Shown in pieces: positions 63,415-64,000 of a stretch of DNA of 64,000 bases. The stretch comes from Desulfonatronovibrionaceae bacterium (GTDB lineage: Bacteria > Desulfobacterota > Desulfovibrionia > Desulfovibrionales > Desulfonatronovibrionaceae). The notes beneath the pieces were generated by a model that searched no databases, was not told the origin of the DNA, and saw only the letters and a program-made list of their open reading frames with translations. A program made the position numbers and the translations under genes. Positions within the stretch are counted from its first letter, which is position 1. Each line of letters starts with the position of its first letter. The stretch is from the NCBI GenBank assembly GCA_046539845.1, contig JBKHGE010000004.1, positions 1 through 64,000 on the forward strand. Direction: 5' to 3'.

Positions 63415-64000
63415 CTACTTTTCCACCAAGGACCGGATGTTGCTGGAGTCTATCTTAACCCCGGGACCCATGGTCGTGGACACGGATATCCCCCGCAAAT
63501 AAGTCCCTTTGGCAGAGGCTGGCTTCAGCTTCTGTAGGGAATCGATAAACAGGGCCAGATTCTCCTTAATCTTATCCGGGCCGAAAGAAACCTTTCCCAT
63601 GGGGGCGTGCACCACTCCGGCCTTGTCCACCCGGAATTCTACCTTGCCCGCCTTGAGTTCCTTGATTGCCGGCCCCAGATCAAAGGTAACCGTTCCCGCC
63701 TTGGGATTGGGCATAAGACCCCTGGGTCCGAGGATTTTGCCGATCTTGCCTACGTGGGCCATCATGTCCGGCGTGGCTACCGCCTTGTCAAACTCCAGCC
63801 ATCCGTTTTTGATCTGATCGACTATTTCCTCGTCGCCAACATAGTCCGCTCCAGCCTCACGAGCCTCTTCCTGCTTCTCTCCCTTGCAAAAGGCCAGGAC
63901 CCGGACTTCTTTGCCCAGGCCATGTGGCAGGGAGCAGGCCCCCCGGACCATCTGGTCCGAGTATTTCGGATTCACCCCGAGCACCACGGCGACATCGACT
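63415..64000 (-). CDS. rplA: 50S ribosomal protein L1 (5' end outside window)
   Basis: DQMVRG...[28 protein letters not shown]. Confidence 0.99.
   Translation of the reverse strand, partial: VDVAVVLGVNPKYSDQMVRGACSLPHGLGKEVRVLAFCKGEKQEEAREAGADYVGDEEIVDQIKNGWLEFDKAVATPDMMAHVGKIGKILGPRGLMPNPKAGTVTFDLGPAIKELKAGKVEFRVDKAGVVHAPMGKVSFGPDKIKENLALFIDSLQKLKPASAKGTYLRGISVSTTMGPGVKIDSSNIRSLVEK

Noticed and set aside
1..64000. CRISPR array, rRNA, prophage or intact defence operon
   Set aside because: No regularly spaced repeats, rRNA-like sequence, or phage/integrase genes seen by eye.

Overview
A mostly housekeeping region of a GC-rich deltaproteobacterium. The gene order (secY-map-rpmJ without adk/infA, recA-alaS, nikR-folE2, Sec-containing selD) suggests Desulfovibrionales, possibly a halophile; this is inference. 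The right 28 kb (35.7-64 kb, minus strand) is the contiguous rplA(partial)-rplJ-rplL-rpoB-rpoC-str-S10-spc-alpha cluster. The middle holds LysR-selD(Sec)-ASKHA/2Fe-2S, an esterase, a decaying BMP-type nucleoside ABC operon running into gpt, a methyltransferase, nikR and folE2, then recA-alaS, nfnAB, ricT, metG, tRNA-Lys and tRNA-Glu. The left part holds an orphan glycine-betaine binding protein with a divergent LysR, a sigma28-preceded atypical flagellin-like gene, yccA-lpxK-hyp-rnr, a VKOR-thioredoxin fusion, a CMD/AhpD protein, a YgjP/M48 protein, htpG and a loop-less (probably CC-adding) tRNA nucleotidyltransferase. The first 1.6 kb is accessory DNA that the ORF track does not resolve: the left end of an IS1380-family element, a doubly frameshifted GIY-YIG gene with cassette-like flanks, and a GC-rich three-way-junction RNA candidate. 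No CRISPR array, rRNA or intact phage/defence operon was seen. The best novelty candidates are the D0-less flagellin-like gene, the LysR-selD-RACo-like unit and the RNA candidate; all are hypotheses needing computation.
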